A stretch of 64,000 nt of DNA from Podarcis vaucheri (lineage: Eukaryota). How positions within the stretch are numbered: the stretch's first letter is position 1; every line of letters starts with the position of its first letter. Location of the stretch: NCBI GenBank assembly GCA_965113315.1, contig OZ220366.1. One strand, written 5' to 3'. The notes beneath the pieces are model-generated. The model was not told where the DNA came from and searched no databases. It saw only the letters and a list, made by a program, of their open reading frames with translations. Position numbers and translations under genes: made by a program. This document shows, one piece after another, positions 51,301 through 64,000 of the stretch.

Positions 51301-53381
51301 CACAGAGTCTTATGTCACTCACAGAGCTCAAGCATAGTGGGTAATATCCAAATAATGTTTCTCACAGATTAGTTATGGCGCTGTGCCAAAAATAAGCCAA
51401 AGTATCTCTGTAAATTTCTAAAATAGTATTTATACTACATTCTGTTCTTCTGGACACTTGAGAACAACCACTAAGATCTCTCTGTTATCTTTTAAATAAA
51501 CCATTCAGTGTTGTTAGAAGAATGTTTAAGACAAACACACTTTCCTCTTTGCAACAACAGGTTGTATAGTGTTGGCAAGTAAATAGCAGGCAGGATAATA
51601 TGGTTTATTTATTTATCAACTGCATCAAAAGCAGACATTCTCAGCATGCCAGATTTCAGTTAAAGCAGTCCAACAGTGACGTTTTAAGAATCCTACTTTG
51701 GGAATGCTCTTTTTTCCTGAACCCAGAATGGTCCATGGAATCAGGGGGGATTAGCTCCCTTTAATCTACTGCATCTGCAGTGGGTCATCCAACAGAACTT
51801 TCATTACTGTTTCATGTTGTATGTGATTAAGTGACTAAAATATTCAATACTGACCTTGAAAATGAAGCAGCATGTGTTGGATAAACAGCTTTGAAAGCTT
51901 AAAGTAATCTTTCCTATAAACAAGATTTCCAAAATGTATTGTTTAACAGAGTGAACAGGATGACCAGAAAGGCATCGTTTGTAAGAGGGAACTGAATTTC
52001 TAGAAGCAGACATAAGTAAAAATGCACAAAAGATTAAAACACATTCATATACTACCAGATGTTATTCGGATGGTTAGCATGATGCACACAAGCTGCCTTA
52101 ATTATTGTGAAGTACTCGTTCTTAAATGAATTTTTACCTCACTTTAAGCACATTTACTCGGAAGCGTCCTACTGATTTTAGTTTAATTCGCCTCCCAAGT
52201 AAGGGCTGTTTTGAGATCTATTTTTCACATCTAAGGCCACTATTATGCATGATACTAGGTAGAAACCAGTGTGAGAAAAAGACATAGCTTTTCTTTTAGT
52301 CACATGGAATCTGCCACAAGTATTCAGAGGCAGAAGTTGTAAATGAATCATTGTAGGTATGAAGCTGAGCATGAGTTTTAATAGGCCACTGTTAGGAATG
52401 CATTACACTGGGCTGAAACCAGTGTTTCTGGAAGTAGTGCCTAGAGTCACACAGCATCTGTGTTTCTGGAGTTAGAACCGGATTTTGCAACACAGTATTT
52501 TCAAACTTTTATGCTGTGATTTTGAACTTTAAAAAATACATTGATTTAAGCTGTGAAATTCCTAGGTACTGAGAATCTGCAAGGCAACAAATTGCTGTAC
52601 ACCTGATTTTTAGAAGTGTCACGAATTTAGTGGATAGTTCAAGGCAAATTCAAAAGCATTCCACCACTAGTCACCTCCATACTATACTGCTACTCCTTAT
52701 AGCCATTAACAAGAAGCCACTTATCCTGAGAAACCAAAGAAATATCTGGATTCAATTAAGCCAAGGTCCAGAGGCTGGTAGAAAATCCTTGTTACTGCTG
52801 CAACTGATGGAGATGTATCAACCATATATGCTCAGCCATTGTTAGCCTGTGGCACTAGTTTTTTCAAATTGGGCATTGTTGCATCTTTTCTCAGTAGTTG
52901 CAACAGCACAGGCCATTGTATGACTTATGGACATTATGGTATTTGATACGTTTGTAGATGGAGAGGTTTTGGTTGAACTGGCATTAGTAAAGGGAAATGT
53001 CATGGCAACACAGCTGTGTATGGACCATACTGCATGCTGGCACCATAGAGTTAGCAGGAATGAATAGTAGCACACTCTTATGCCAAAAAAGGCCAATAAC
53101 AATAGTAACACAGCAGCTTTATTTTAGTGACTTCTATATACCATGATCTAATAATTCTTTAGTTGAAATTTGGAAACTATTTTGCAAATCAATTTTTCAG
53201 ATTTGAAGCCTAACGGTAGCCTAACAAATGTATTTTTAAAATCACTTGTGTCACACCTTTTGAGTTATAGACCACTTGAAGTAGCTTAGAATAATATTAA
53301 AGCAACACAATATAGAAACCAACAATGGCAGAGCTGAACAAAAAACTCCAGTTAAAATAAATAGCAAGCACCAGTCTTAAC

Positions 53382-54085
53382 TGGGGTTTGTGAGGTGTTA
53401 GGGGAGGGGTAGTACCCTTGGTGATCCTTCTAGCATAGTTTGTCCATCTTTGGTCACCATGCTGCACTCAGCTCTCACCTATGGCTTCTAGAAGCTCTCA
53501 GCATGTGACAGCAGCCAAACCCCAGGAGTGACTTCCAACTGGCTGGTTGAGGGTAGCCGAGGGGTCTCAAACCCTCGGTGAGCTAGGGACTTTCCCTGTA
53601 TGTGAAGACGGGCTCCAGCAGATTGAACAGATGAGACCAATAGTGGGTCCAATAAGGCAGTTTATGCACATTCTGTTGAGGGAAGTGAGGTCCAGATAGG
53701 GCTTGTCCACCTTGGAAGATAGCCCATCTAAGGGAAGGAAAACTCTAGTTCTAAACCTGTACTGCTTTGGGGTATATATTCAGGAGAAGAAAGGGCTAAG
53801 GAGTAAACCCTACACAAATCTAGAGTGGGGTACTTTACCTAAGACTGTTAGATGGTGCTTTGTGTGCCAGCAACTCCTGCAGCTAAGCTAGTGCAAAAGG
53901 TATTGCTCTGCTTTCCTTTGGACCACATCAGCAAGGCCTAGAGGGGTGTTTTGTTGTCTGGGCAGCCCAGGACCTCCGTGCACACTGCCCAGGTTTGCTC
54001 TCCAGGAAGGTCGCTTTGGTGCTGCTAACACAGCGGTTTGACTTCACTCCATTGACTCTCGAGACAGATGGATGCCAACAGCAAC
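53382..54085 (+). mobile_element. Probable interspersed repeat, RTE-clade-related non-coding portion
   Basis: GC-richer block with GGGAAGGAAAACTC...TAAACC motif like RTE 5' regions and a short CAA-type tail; family from recall only. Confidence 0.4.
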
Positions 54086-54109
54086 AATATAAACTGCAGC
54101 CCCATAGTA

Positions 54110-54112
<3 letters not shown>

Positions 54113-54145
<33 letters not shown>
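54113..54145. repeat. (CT)n microsatellite
   Basis: Directly visible. Confidence 0.95.
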
Positions 54146-54149
<4 letters not shown>

Positions 54150-56904
54150 GCAAAGTCTCAGTATTGGACTATCTACTCTTTGGGGGGGGGGGGACTTAAA
54201 GCAGAATTTCCACTGTCCTATGATTCTCCAGAAGAAATGATCTTGTATATCATTACTTGGAAATGAGTCTTGCTGAGCTTCAATGGTTATAACTCTCTAA
54301 CTGTGATATAATTTTACATGTGTTTACTCAGAAGTAATCCTCACGAGTTCCGTGAGACATACTCCCAGATAAGTGAGTATACAATAGCAACCTTAATGAC
54401 TGTTTTAAAATATACAGGGCAGCAGTGCTTTCAGTAATGCTTCCTCTGCCCGTGTGGGGAATGTCTCCAAATGTCCCCATTAATGACTGCTGGAGAAATT
54501 ATTTTGATGAGTGATATGAAATGCATCTCCTCTGGAACACATTCTTTAAATATTCTAATTCCGGATGAAGCCATGACAGATTATCCAAAAAGTCAACACT
54601 CTCATGCAAGTTTCCCCCCAAACTACACTTTAAAGCAGATCAAGCTGTGATTAAAAATGTGGAATTCAGGGTGGTCCAAGTCACTGAGCTGCCTGAGACA
54701 AAGCACAAGATGGTGCTCCCCCAACCTCTGCTCCACAATTTGGAGCTGCACTGGCAACTGAATCTGAACCTCAACATTGTCCATCTGCCAGTGTCCTCCA
54801 CTGCATCCCAGGGCAGTTCAGAAAATGTCTGAACCACACCTTTATTCAAAAGTCTATCAGGCGGTGAACATAAAAGCAATGCAGTATTAAGACCAACAAC
54901 TAATAAAATCAAAACAACATGAAATTTGAGGAAAATCTGCTTGGGAGTTGCACGACAGGCAAAGCTCTGTCAGCCAACACTTTGCTACATCTGTCCCCAA
55001 CCCCCTCCATGGCAGCCACACTTTTCTGCCTAGTGGTAGGGTCAGTCCTGATGGAATGTCATTTTCCTGCCTTTCTTCTTTTACTGACTGGATGAAGCAA
55101 CTGTCCACATTGTACTTCAGTGTGTCAAGAGGACTGGAGGCAACTGCTTACCTGGGCATCATAAAATAAAAATCTGAAATATTGGCTTAGGGTAGAAGGT
55201 AAATAACTGCTGTTGGCTTGCAAAAAGCTGAAGCTAGCACCTAGGATTTGCTGCTTCTTCCTTTTTGAGCCGTGCTCTTCAACGGTCTATAAAATATGGT
55301 ATCCATTCCTAAATGTCATTGCTATATAACTGGTGGACAGCCATGCATCCTGTCTCCATTTGCAGTTCTTTCTTTGCTGCTTTCTGCTGCTTGCTTTGTG
55401 CTGGTAAAACTCACTCTCAGTGTCTCTGTGGTCTGTAACTTCCAGCAGTAGCTGTGTTGCCCTATTGCAGCAAAACAACAGAGTGTCCCCAGGCACCTTG
55501 AAGACTAACAGGTTTATTGTGGGATACATTTTCACAGGCCTCACCGCCCACTTTCACTTTTCATTTTCAATCACATGCAGCTTATTTCATGATCTTCCTT
55601 ATAGTTCTTCTTTGTGCCTTTTTCTTTCTCTCCAAATATTTAAGTGTAGATAAATCTTAAAAATTTATTACGGAAGATGTCAAAGGGAAACCCCTTGCTG
55701 CATCTTTTATTCTAGTAGTACATCAGAAGAATCACGTCAAATTGAGGTTGCCAAGGATTGCACTTAAAGCTAACTAACAAAATTAAAAGCTGAATAACAT
55801 TTACCCAAACATTCTCGAAAAAACTTGGATGCGAAATACCTGAACTTACATGTGCATGCAAATTTGGCTTCTTGTTAAAAGACTTGAAAGTGGTCAATAT
55901 AATATTTTTATTTTATTTTATTTTATTTTAAAAACAAGAAAACTACTGACATATCCGCCTAACCCCTGTTCCAGGCAAGCACAGAATGCATTATGAAAGC
56001 TAGAATAGTACATATAACCAACCTTGTTGAGGAACGGTCAATGTGGCTTGTTACAAAGGGAGGTTTGTCTCACTAACGTTTTAAGTTCTTCTACACCAGC
56101 TGCTTTTCTTGAGAGATGTACTGAAAACAGCTTGTGCAGTCTGTACCTCATCACTGTACTAGCCTTAATTAGGATTGATTTTGGAGGGAGGGGGTTAGTG
56201 GGTACTTTTTAAAGGAAGCACTCATTTTATCTGTATGTTGTCTCAGGATGCCTGTCAAACAGCAGGCTGGAGTACATGTACACGCAACCACGCACACACA
56301 CCAGCAGCAGCGAAAGGTTTTTCCAGCTTTTCTACTTAATGCAGTTCTCCCCCACTGTTCTTCTCTATAGACACAGGGGTGAAGTCCATCTTCACATGCA
56401 TCTCCATGCATCATCTGTTAGTAAGAAAGACATGCAGTTTCTTTATGCTGTGCCATGAAAACTAATAGCACAGGACTTTATCAGGGCAAAGAGAGACATA
56501 TGTGAGAGACCCTCCTTGTCCCAGAAATAAACAATTTGGTGCGGACACATAACCTTAAAAGGGATTCTTTTCTTTTTCTTTTAGGGGTAAGAGTAGCTGC
56601 TCATTTACACAGAAAACATCCAGTAGACGTGATGTTCTTGGGTTGTCAAATAGGCTTTTGCCAAAGCCCCCCGATTGATATAGTGCTTGTTTATCCTCTA
56701 GTTTTAAAAGTATAAAGCTGAGATGCTGAAAATGCTGAAGAAACCACTTGAAAAATGCTAAAATTTTACCTTTTTTAGGTTTTATATAAAAATGCAACTG
56801 AAGGGAATGTGACTGAGGAATATTTGTACATGTGTGTGTATCTTTAAGAGGATATCACTGTACTTAGACAACGAATACAACTAATACAACTTAGTGTATT
56901 TTTT

Positions 56905-56993
56905 GTCTTTGTGAAAGCTGCCCAGAGTGGCTGGGGAAACCCAGCCAGATGGGCGGGGTACAAATAAATTATTATTATTGTTGTTGTTGTTGT
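56905..56993 (+). mobile_element. 3' terminus of an L2-type LINE with (ATT)n(GTT)n tail
   Basis: GCTGCCCAGAGTGGCTGGGGAAACCCAGCCAGATGGGCGGGGTACAAATAAATTATTATT: stem-loop plus short tandem tail. Confidence 0.75.
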
Positions 56994-57079
56994 TATACCA
57001 CCTGGTCAGAAAGGCCCTCTTTTTTGGATAGGTCATTTCCAGTCCACTTCAGGTGTCCCCGGAGGAAATTGTTTTGAGG

Positions 57080-57770
57080 CTTATTTCCATATGGTTTCAG
57101 GCCATGTTTTGGCATTGACAGAGCCTTGGCCACCCGCATAGATTACTTGTATTGCTCTCACAGCAGATTTTGATGCCATTGGCTGTGGCAGTCTTCTGTA
57201 TCAGTGCTAGGGATTGACATTTGAGGCCACTCTGTTACAGTGGTTTTGTTCCTAAATGCAGGATCAATACCACAAAGTAGTATTGGGTGATTTCTGCTTG
57301 GCTCTCTGACAGTTAGGTTGTGGGCCCCAGAAGATTCCATTCAGTCCCTGATGAAGGTTATCTGGGAATTTGTAGTGTGTTATCATCAGTGTGTGGATAA
57401 CACCACTCTGTGCCTCCGTTCCATCTGAATCAGGAGAGACTGTTCACGTGCTGGACTGGTGGTTGAGGACATAATGAGCTGGATAAGGGTTAAGAAAGAC
57501 TCTTGACAAGATTTGGGCATAGATTGTAGGTAGTTCTAAAGTCGACTAATTGAATAGGTGACCTGTCTTCAATGGAACTGTACTCATCCTGAATAGAGTA
57601 AGTTTATAGTCTGAAGGTGCTTCCTGAGTTAATGCTATCATTTGGGGCCCAAATAGCCTTGATGACAGGGAGTGTCTTTCTCCAGCTCACAACTCCTCTC
57701 CTCTTTGCATGGAATTACTCAGTTTTGGACCACATTCTTTAGAGTTACAACCTTCTCAGTTGTATTGTGA
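57080..57770 (+). mobile_element. Heavily decayed L2 RT fragment
   Basis: GGTTTCAGGCCATGTTTTGGCATTGACAGAGCCTTGG approximates GFRP.FGTETAL; later remnants are collinear with the 36430 copy. Confidence 0.5.
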
Positions 57771-60199
57771 GGCACAGGAACATGTAACAAAATTTAAACA
57801 GGATTTAGAGTATTGATATTTCTCTGAAAGGAAGGGGGGAATGAGACAATAACCTGCCATCCATGCATAATCTCCCATTGGTGTTTGAAAAAGTACAAAA
57901 TGGAGATTTCATCCTATATTGTTTGGGAAATTGTTTTATTGTCCACATACGCTGTAACGTTTGGAGAGTTGTATTATTGTTTACATACACAGAAGATTTA
58001 TTTGTGAACAAAGAGGGAGTAGAAAAAGGAGAACCAGCTCTACAAAGACAGGAATCTTTGATGCTGTATCTCATCTGGAAGTAAATTCATACTGCATATT
58101 AAAACAAGAAACAAGATAAATATGTTTCAAATTCAGGAATCAAACTTCATTTTAAGTATTATATCGATACACTCCTCTTGAATACATTTCCAGTCTGCCT
58201 AGTAGCAATCTCTTGTTTTCAACAAGAGAGAAATTCTCAGCACATGCAAGACGAAAAGCTTGTGTGAGTGTAGATAATCTTCCTTCCATTGAAAAGAAAA
58301 GGAGTCCTAAAGCAAAATTTGAAGTGAGTTTAGGAGTCATTTCTATGGCAGAACATCAGATGGATCTCAAGGGAAGCCATACGTGTTCTGATAAAACCAT
58401 CAAATTTTCAGAGGGCACTTTTCCACATCCCCAGTTAGAAAGCACTGTGTACATGGGGCTTATGGTTGCATTCAGTACATTGAAGAGAGGAATGCAATTT
58501 TCAAAAGGGTTTGATGTTTGAAATATAAAACAAGCCATTTACATTTTTATGAGTAACATGAATGTGTTTGAACAGTGTTACAAACTCTGTAGCTATAAAA
58601 GTGAAATCTGATTCAGACAATGCGATACAATCAAGTGATAGATTCCATTAAAAAGTCCTTCTTCCGAATGGATATCTTTGCTCATTTCTTAACCATTTTT
58701 CATCCCCTTTGTTTGTTCTTCCCTGTAAAATGTATGATAGTGCTTCCAATTTAACTCTGGAAACAGCTTATTCATGGTCACCTCTATAAAGAAATGAATA
58801 CCCCTTTCAACCAATGGCAAACGTTTTTTTAACAGAATCATAATGTTCTGAGTAATGCTTTTTGCCGTTGGTTGGAATGGTTGTATATTTCTTTTCCAGA
58901 TGTAGTTTATAAAGTTAGAGCAGAAATACTCTGGTATTTTAAGAATATTGCATGGTGTCACTAAATTATTTTGAAGCAATTTTGCTTGTGTAATGTGCTC
59001 TAGAAATTCATTTAAAAATTCAGCACACCACAAAACAGTAAACTGGATATGTGATTTATTTTAGACGTTCGGTTATAATTGAAAGAGTAATTTCAAGTCA
59101 ACTTTGTGCATGTTTACAGGCCTATTAGAAGAAAAGTTATTGCTAGAAAAATAATACTGAACAATTTCCAGTAAATATTCTGCCATACTCACATTCTCTC
59201 TCTCCCTCCTATAAATCATTTCTCAAGTATATCAAAGGCTAACTTAGACCCTACATGTTTTTTTAATAACCCTGTAAAACGAAACAGTTAATAAATAAAG
59301 ACTTCTCATTGGCAGTAGGAAGTATATGTAAGTAATATCACATTTGCTAGGTTGTGCCTTAATGTTTGCAATTTTCATCTGCACCTTGAGAGATTGCCTC
59401 TTACCAAGGTAAAATAACAGCACACGCGTAGGACACAGTTGCCTCATTGTACTCATTAAACATGTTCATTATTTGTGCTATTAGCATTTAGCAGTCAGAA
59501 TAAAACTGTGTAGGAAATTTACTTTGCCAACACACTTCCATCTCCACTGCCGCTGGTATCTCTGTCTCTGCCTTTTGAATTTTTGTTGCACAAGATTTCT
59601 TAAATTTCTCCTGATGGAATAAGCAGTAGAATATTTATTGTACAAAATTTATTATTGACCTAATTTGCACTTTATAAGCAAATGACATATCTCAATGGGG
59701 GAAAAGACTCCCTCCCACCACCAAATTCAGTTCTTCATTTGTTTTGCTCACCATGCCGCATTAGCACAGTTTTCCCCTGTGTCCATCTGCCAGTGTACAA
59801 TTTAGCCATGGGCATCTGCAGACCTTGCGGTGATCAGTATTGCAGGCAAAAGCCATATGTGTTTAAATAATAAAAAAGAAACTCTTTATTTCATTTGCTG
59901 TTTTAACTGGATGGATAACTTTTGTGCCTTAAGTCAGACGGAGAGAAAATACAGAAATAATTAATTGCCTCTATTCTTTAGGCAGTTTCATTTTCCTTTT
60001 CCAATATGGAATGCTTGTCAGCTTTCCTGATAAATGACTGCATGTATTTGCATAGATTTTACATTAACAGAAAAATTAGTTTATTTGTGAAAAGTAGTTT
60101 ACATAATAATGCAAAGTGTAGTATGAATTATGTTTATTAACCTAGGGGAAGAAACTGTAGAAGCCTGTGCATAATAAAATCTTGTCAAGCGTTTGAGAT

Positions 60200-60222
60200 A
60201 CACACACACACACACACACACA
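60200..60222. repeat. (AC)n microsatellite followed by poly-A
   Basis: Directly visible. Confidence 0.95.
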
Positions 60223-61929
60223 AAAAAAAAAATTCAAGCCCCACAAACCTTTATTTTTATGCCTCTTTAAAAAAAGAAAAAGTCTTTGAAAGATTTTTAG
60301 TCAACTGACTCCAGATTTTCCTAGGGAAAGCCTTTTTTGGAATCTATTGGGCATTCTCCCCCCCCCAACACATTTAAACCCATTTGGAAAAAATGTACGC
60401 TAAATTTGATCTGTTTTGAAGTTTATTTCCAAGTTTGAACAGAAGACTGCAAGTCAGTTCATTGTTTGCAAAGTACACATTAAGAACACATTTTAAGTTT
60501 CTAATAACACCACTGATGTGATGTTATCTGTAGCTTTTATTTAAAAGCTTTCAGTTGCTGCATTATCATTTAGTAGGATCATGAAAATAAATTTGAGTTT
60601 CCTGCTTCACAGCTTATTACATGTCCTCTAATATGTGATCATTATTGGGTTCAAACTGCATTTAAAAACTGGAATTTAATAGTTTAAAGAAAAATCATGA
60701 CCAAAGTGTTCTTCATACATGCCATTTGTTTTTTCCTGGGGAAAGTATTGGTTGTTCGGCTTGGAGCTAGTAGCCTTAAGGCAAATAATACTATTTATGC
60801 AGCATCAGGGTGTTTTTATGCCATATAAAATGCAGATGTATTCAGGGCTGTTGTCTCATGCTGTATTGCAAAATATCTTGTTGCTTATGAAACATGCTAC
60901 ACCTAATGGCAAGTTAAAAGAAGAGAGTGCCTTTGCCACTTCTTGAATCTGGGACACCCTGGGTACCAGCTGTCACAGTTCAGCTAATGATGACAAATAC
61001 TCCTCTCTATGCAGATTGCCGAGTTTGCAGGCTGCTGTGAGAGGCAGCCAGATTACCTTTCCTCAGATAGTAATTTAACCTTTTAAACTCAAGTGTCAGA
61101 AGGAAATTATTAGCCGGGTTATTTTCAATAACTATTGCTTTCCCCCCTTTTTAAGCTAATACAGTAATAAATTCACAAATAGTTCTTGTACCTGTTGTGC
61201 TACAAGAACAGGAAATCAACATGATAGTACCTATAAGCAGTAAAGGTACTTTGCCAGCATGAATTCTTAAACTGACCTTGGATAGAGACTATCTGTACTA
61301 TCTGGAAGAAACCTGGAAGGCTATATTTATGCTTCCACTGGTCCCACCCCCAGTCCCACCATCACCACTTGTATTCACAGATATAACTAGTGCAATGTTT
61401 TTAAAATTATATTTTTGTTTTCTTGGATGTTCATACTGTGATTCTGTCTGGGAGCTTCCAGTAGTCTCATCCAGGTTCCATTTATTCCAAGTTCTATGCC
61501 TCAATTTAACAAGGTCTTTGATTTTTTTCCTAGTTTTATATGTCTGCATTTTACTCAGGGGACTTGTATGAGTAAAAAGGTTAGGATTATATTTTCTGGT
61601 GTAATCATTTTGTCAATGTTCATCATAGAAGCTTTCAAATGAGAAAAGTTTGTCAAACTTGTTTTGCATATTTTGAAGTGATTTTTTGAATAATGGGCAT
61701 ATTTTGTGACAAGATCCCATAATCTTAGAGTGAATTCATTCCTCTTGACTATGGATCTTCACGGATTCAAAAGGGCATCCCTGCACAGTAGTCAGGGAAA
61801 TACCAGGGTTTTATAGAGAAGTTTGAAAGATCTTTAGGGCAGGGTGGGGGCACCTAATAAAAACTGAAAAATGGTCCACAGAATGTGCTGACTGATAGTT
61901 GAGCAGGAGGCAGAAAGGCAATTTGTTTG

Positions 61930-62600
61930 TTACAAGCATGACAACTGTGTATATGTTATCTTTTGTTCACAAGTTACCAAGGCAGTGTACAATAAAATAA
62001 CTTAAGTCAATCCACTAAACACATTAAACACCATTAGAGAATAAGATGTTACATCTGACATATCTAAGGAACAATAAAAATGTATCCAAGGTCCTCAATA
62101 CCAGAGTGAACAGGCATATTTTACTAGCCAATGAAGTATATATACTGTTGTACCTGTTTGAAATCCAGGTGGAAATCATTCCCTGAGATGGATGCTGTTA
62201 CAAAGGCAGCCTCTCTCTGAGTAGTCATAAGCTGAATTTCCATAGGGCATGGCATGACCCAGAAGACTTCTTCTGATAACTGTAGAGGATAGGTAGTTCT
62301 ACACAGAGAGAGCCATTCCTTCAGATACCCTTATCTCAAACTTCGTTACCTAAACTTGGCTTGGCAGCCAGTACAATTCTTTAAGCATTGGTAATATGTG
62401 CATGTGATGTGGTGTCCCACTTAGCTGTGACATTTTGTGCTAACTGCAGTGTTCAAGCAAACCTGAGGCCAGCTCCACATTGATCTCATTGCAATAATCC
62501 AATTTTGAGATTACCAGTGTATGAATCGTTGTTGCTAAGCCGTCTCTGTCTAGGAATGGCCACAGGTGGTAAATCAGGCAAAGGTGGTAAAATGCTCTCC
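61930..62600 (-). mobile_element. Decayed L2 LINE 3' fragment
   Basis: ORF track 62440-62688 contains AFYHLCLIYHLWPFLDRDGLATTIHTLVISKLDYCN, the L2 ORF2 C-terminal motif. Confidence 0.75.
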
Positions 62601-62841
62601 TAGGCAAGGAACGTGGGATGAAGTATACTGGAAACGGGCATGTTGAGATGACTGAAACCCTGATCAGGAGCATCCCACAGGGCAACAATTTGTCGTAGCT
62701 TCAGCTGCTATTATAAATGACCACATAAGTGTTTGCATAAAAAGAGTTAAAGGAAAATGATTCTTATTGAAACTAAATTATGTGAGGCTGGAGCATACCT
62801 GGAGAGTCAAAGTGCTTTTCAAGCAATAATGGAAGGGTATG

Positions 62842-63155
62842 GGACTTGTCGATCAAAAGTCGGTGGTTCGAATCCCCGCGATGGGGTGAGGTCCCGTTGC
62901 TCAGTCCCAGCTCCTGCCAACCTAGCAGTTTGAAAACACGTCAAAGTGCAGGTAGATAAATAGGTACCGCTCCAGCGAGAAGGTAAACGGTGTTTCCATG
63001 CGCTGCTCTGGTTCGCAGAAGCGGCTTAGTCATGCCGGCCACATAACCCGGAAGCTGTATGCCGGCTCCCTCGGCCAATAAAGCAAGATGAGCGCCACAA
63101 CCCCAGAGTCGGTCACGACTAGACCTAATGGTCAGGGGTCCCTTTACCTTTACCT
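62842..63155 (+). mobile_element. Sauria SINE, 5'-truncated (A box missing)
   Basis: GGTTCGAATCCC B box, GCCAACCTAGCAGTT...GTAGATAAATAGGTACCGCT body, (ACCTTT)n tail. Confidence 0.92.
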
Positions 63156-64000
63156 ATGTTTTTTTGTAGAGAAAGTGCCTTATATGTCTTACCTGGTTTA
63201 CCACCCTCCTGCTGCCTTTCCCTAGGAAGCCCATCATTGCCTCAAACCACAGTGGAGCCTCCAAAGATTTTGACATCCTTCCAGTAAATACTTGATGGTC
63301 TGCTTAGAAGTGGTTCTGCCAGGCTGAGCATTCTAGGAGTGCACTTGGCCCTAGAGCGATCACAGCCAGGGAGCAACAGACAGAGAGGTCTTTCTATCAG
63401 CTATGGCCAATGCCAGAAGGATGGATTTGCAAGAGCTTGTCTTGCAGGCTTTCCCCACACTTTGCAAAAACCTTGCAGTTGGCTACACCTTCACTATTGG
63501 TGACAGATCACTGTAAAACCGAGAAAGAGGGAAGAATAAATTCCTCCTACTTCACAGGAATTACTGTGTTTGGGCCTTGGTTGATCTTGCTTAGGGGTGG
63601 CAAACTGGTGGACCAAATAATCCTTAAATGGAAGCCATAATAGAATTGTGATATGTGCATGGTTTTAAGAGCTCTGAACCATGTCCAGACTTGGTGGAAT
63701 TAGGCTCAGTATGTAAATGGTGAGGAAACAAAAAGCCATAATAATGTGATCTGGGAAACCCATGTGTTGGATGTGTGCGGTGAGAGAAACAAGAGTGTAG
63801 TCATAGGCCAAAGGTATATTAATGCCACAAAATATACCAGTGAATTAGAGAATGGAAGTATCTTGAAATTTGCTGCAAAATTATTATGATTATTTCCAAT
63901 TTTTTGTGAAATTCTCAGCTCTTTCTTTAATATAGTTTTATTCTGCTCTTATTTAGCTTTTATTAGTTGTATTTGTTGGAATTTATAGTGACCCCTCCAA

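Noticed and set aside
45900-64000. Next NBEA exon (VLAYTEGLHGKW...)
   Set aside because: Searched by eye and not found; presumably beyond the window

Overview
Vertebrate nuclear DNA, almost certainly a squamate and probably a lacertid lizard (Sauria SINE, Squam3-type SINE, tRNA-Lys/CR1-tail SINE, lizard-type hAT and Tc1-mariner MITEs). The whole window lies inside the large neurobeachin gene (NBEA, + strand). Three coding exons can be read with consistent splice phases: 9146-9270, 23887-24030 and 41441-41577. The intronless developmental gene MAB21L1 (CDS 45132->44053, - strand, 359 aa) is nested antisense in the intron after the third exon. It sits in a chain of CpG islands (~34-48 kb) with TE-poor blocks that look like conserved non-coding elements. 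Most ORFs in the track are noise. I found no wholly new biological system. The best leads are: (i) an in-frame, apparently coding-like non-AUG N-terminal extension of MAB21L1 plus uORFs; (ii) a 36-nt retroposed leader plus 5'-half of tRNA-Arg(UCU) between 17-bp target-site duplications; (iii) a probable bidirectional promoter with a + strand splice donor that could start a short NBEA isoform; (iv) a 1.3-kb pile-up of six partly nested TEs; (v) extreme GC3/CpG skew imposed on a host exon and on TEs inside the CpG domain. There is one 128-nt assembly gap. Family names and reference sequences come from recall; no database searches were run.
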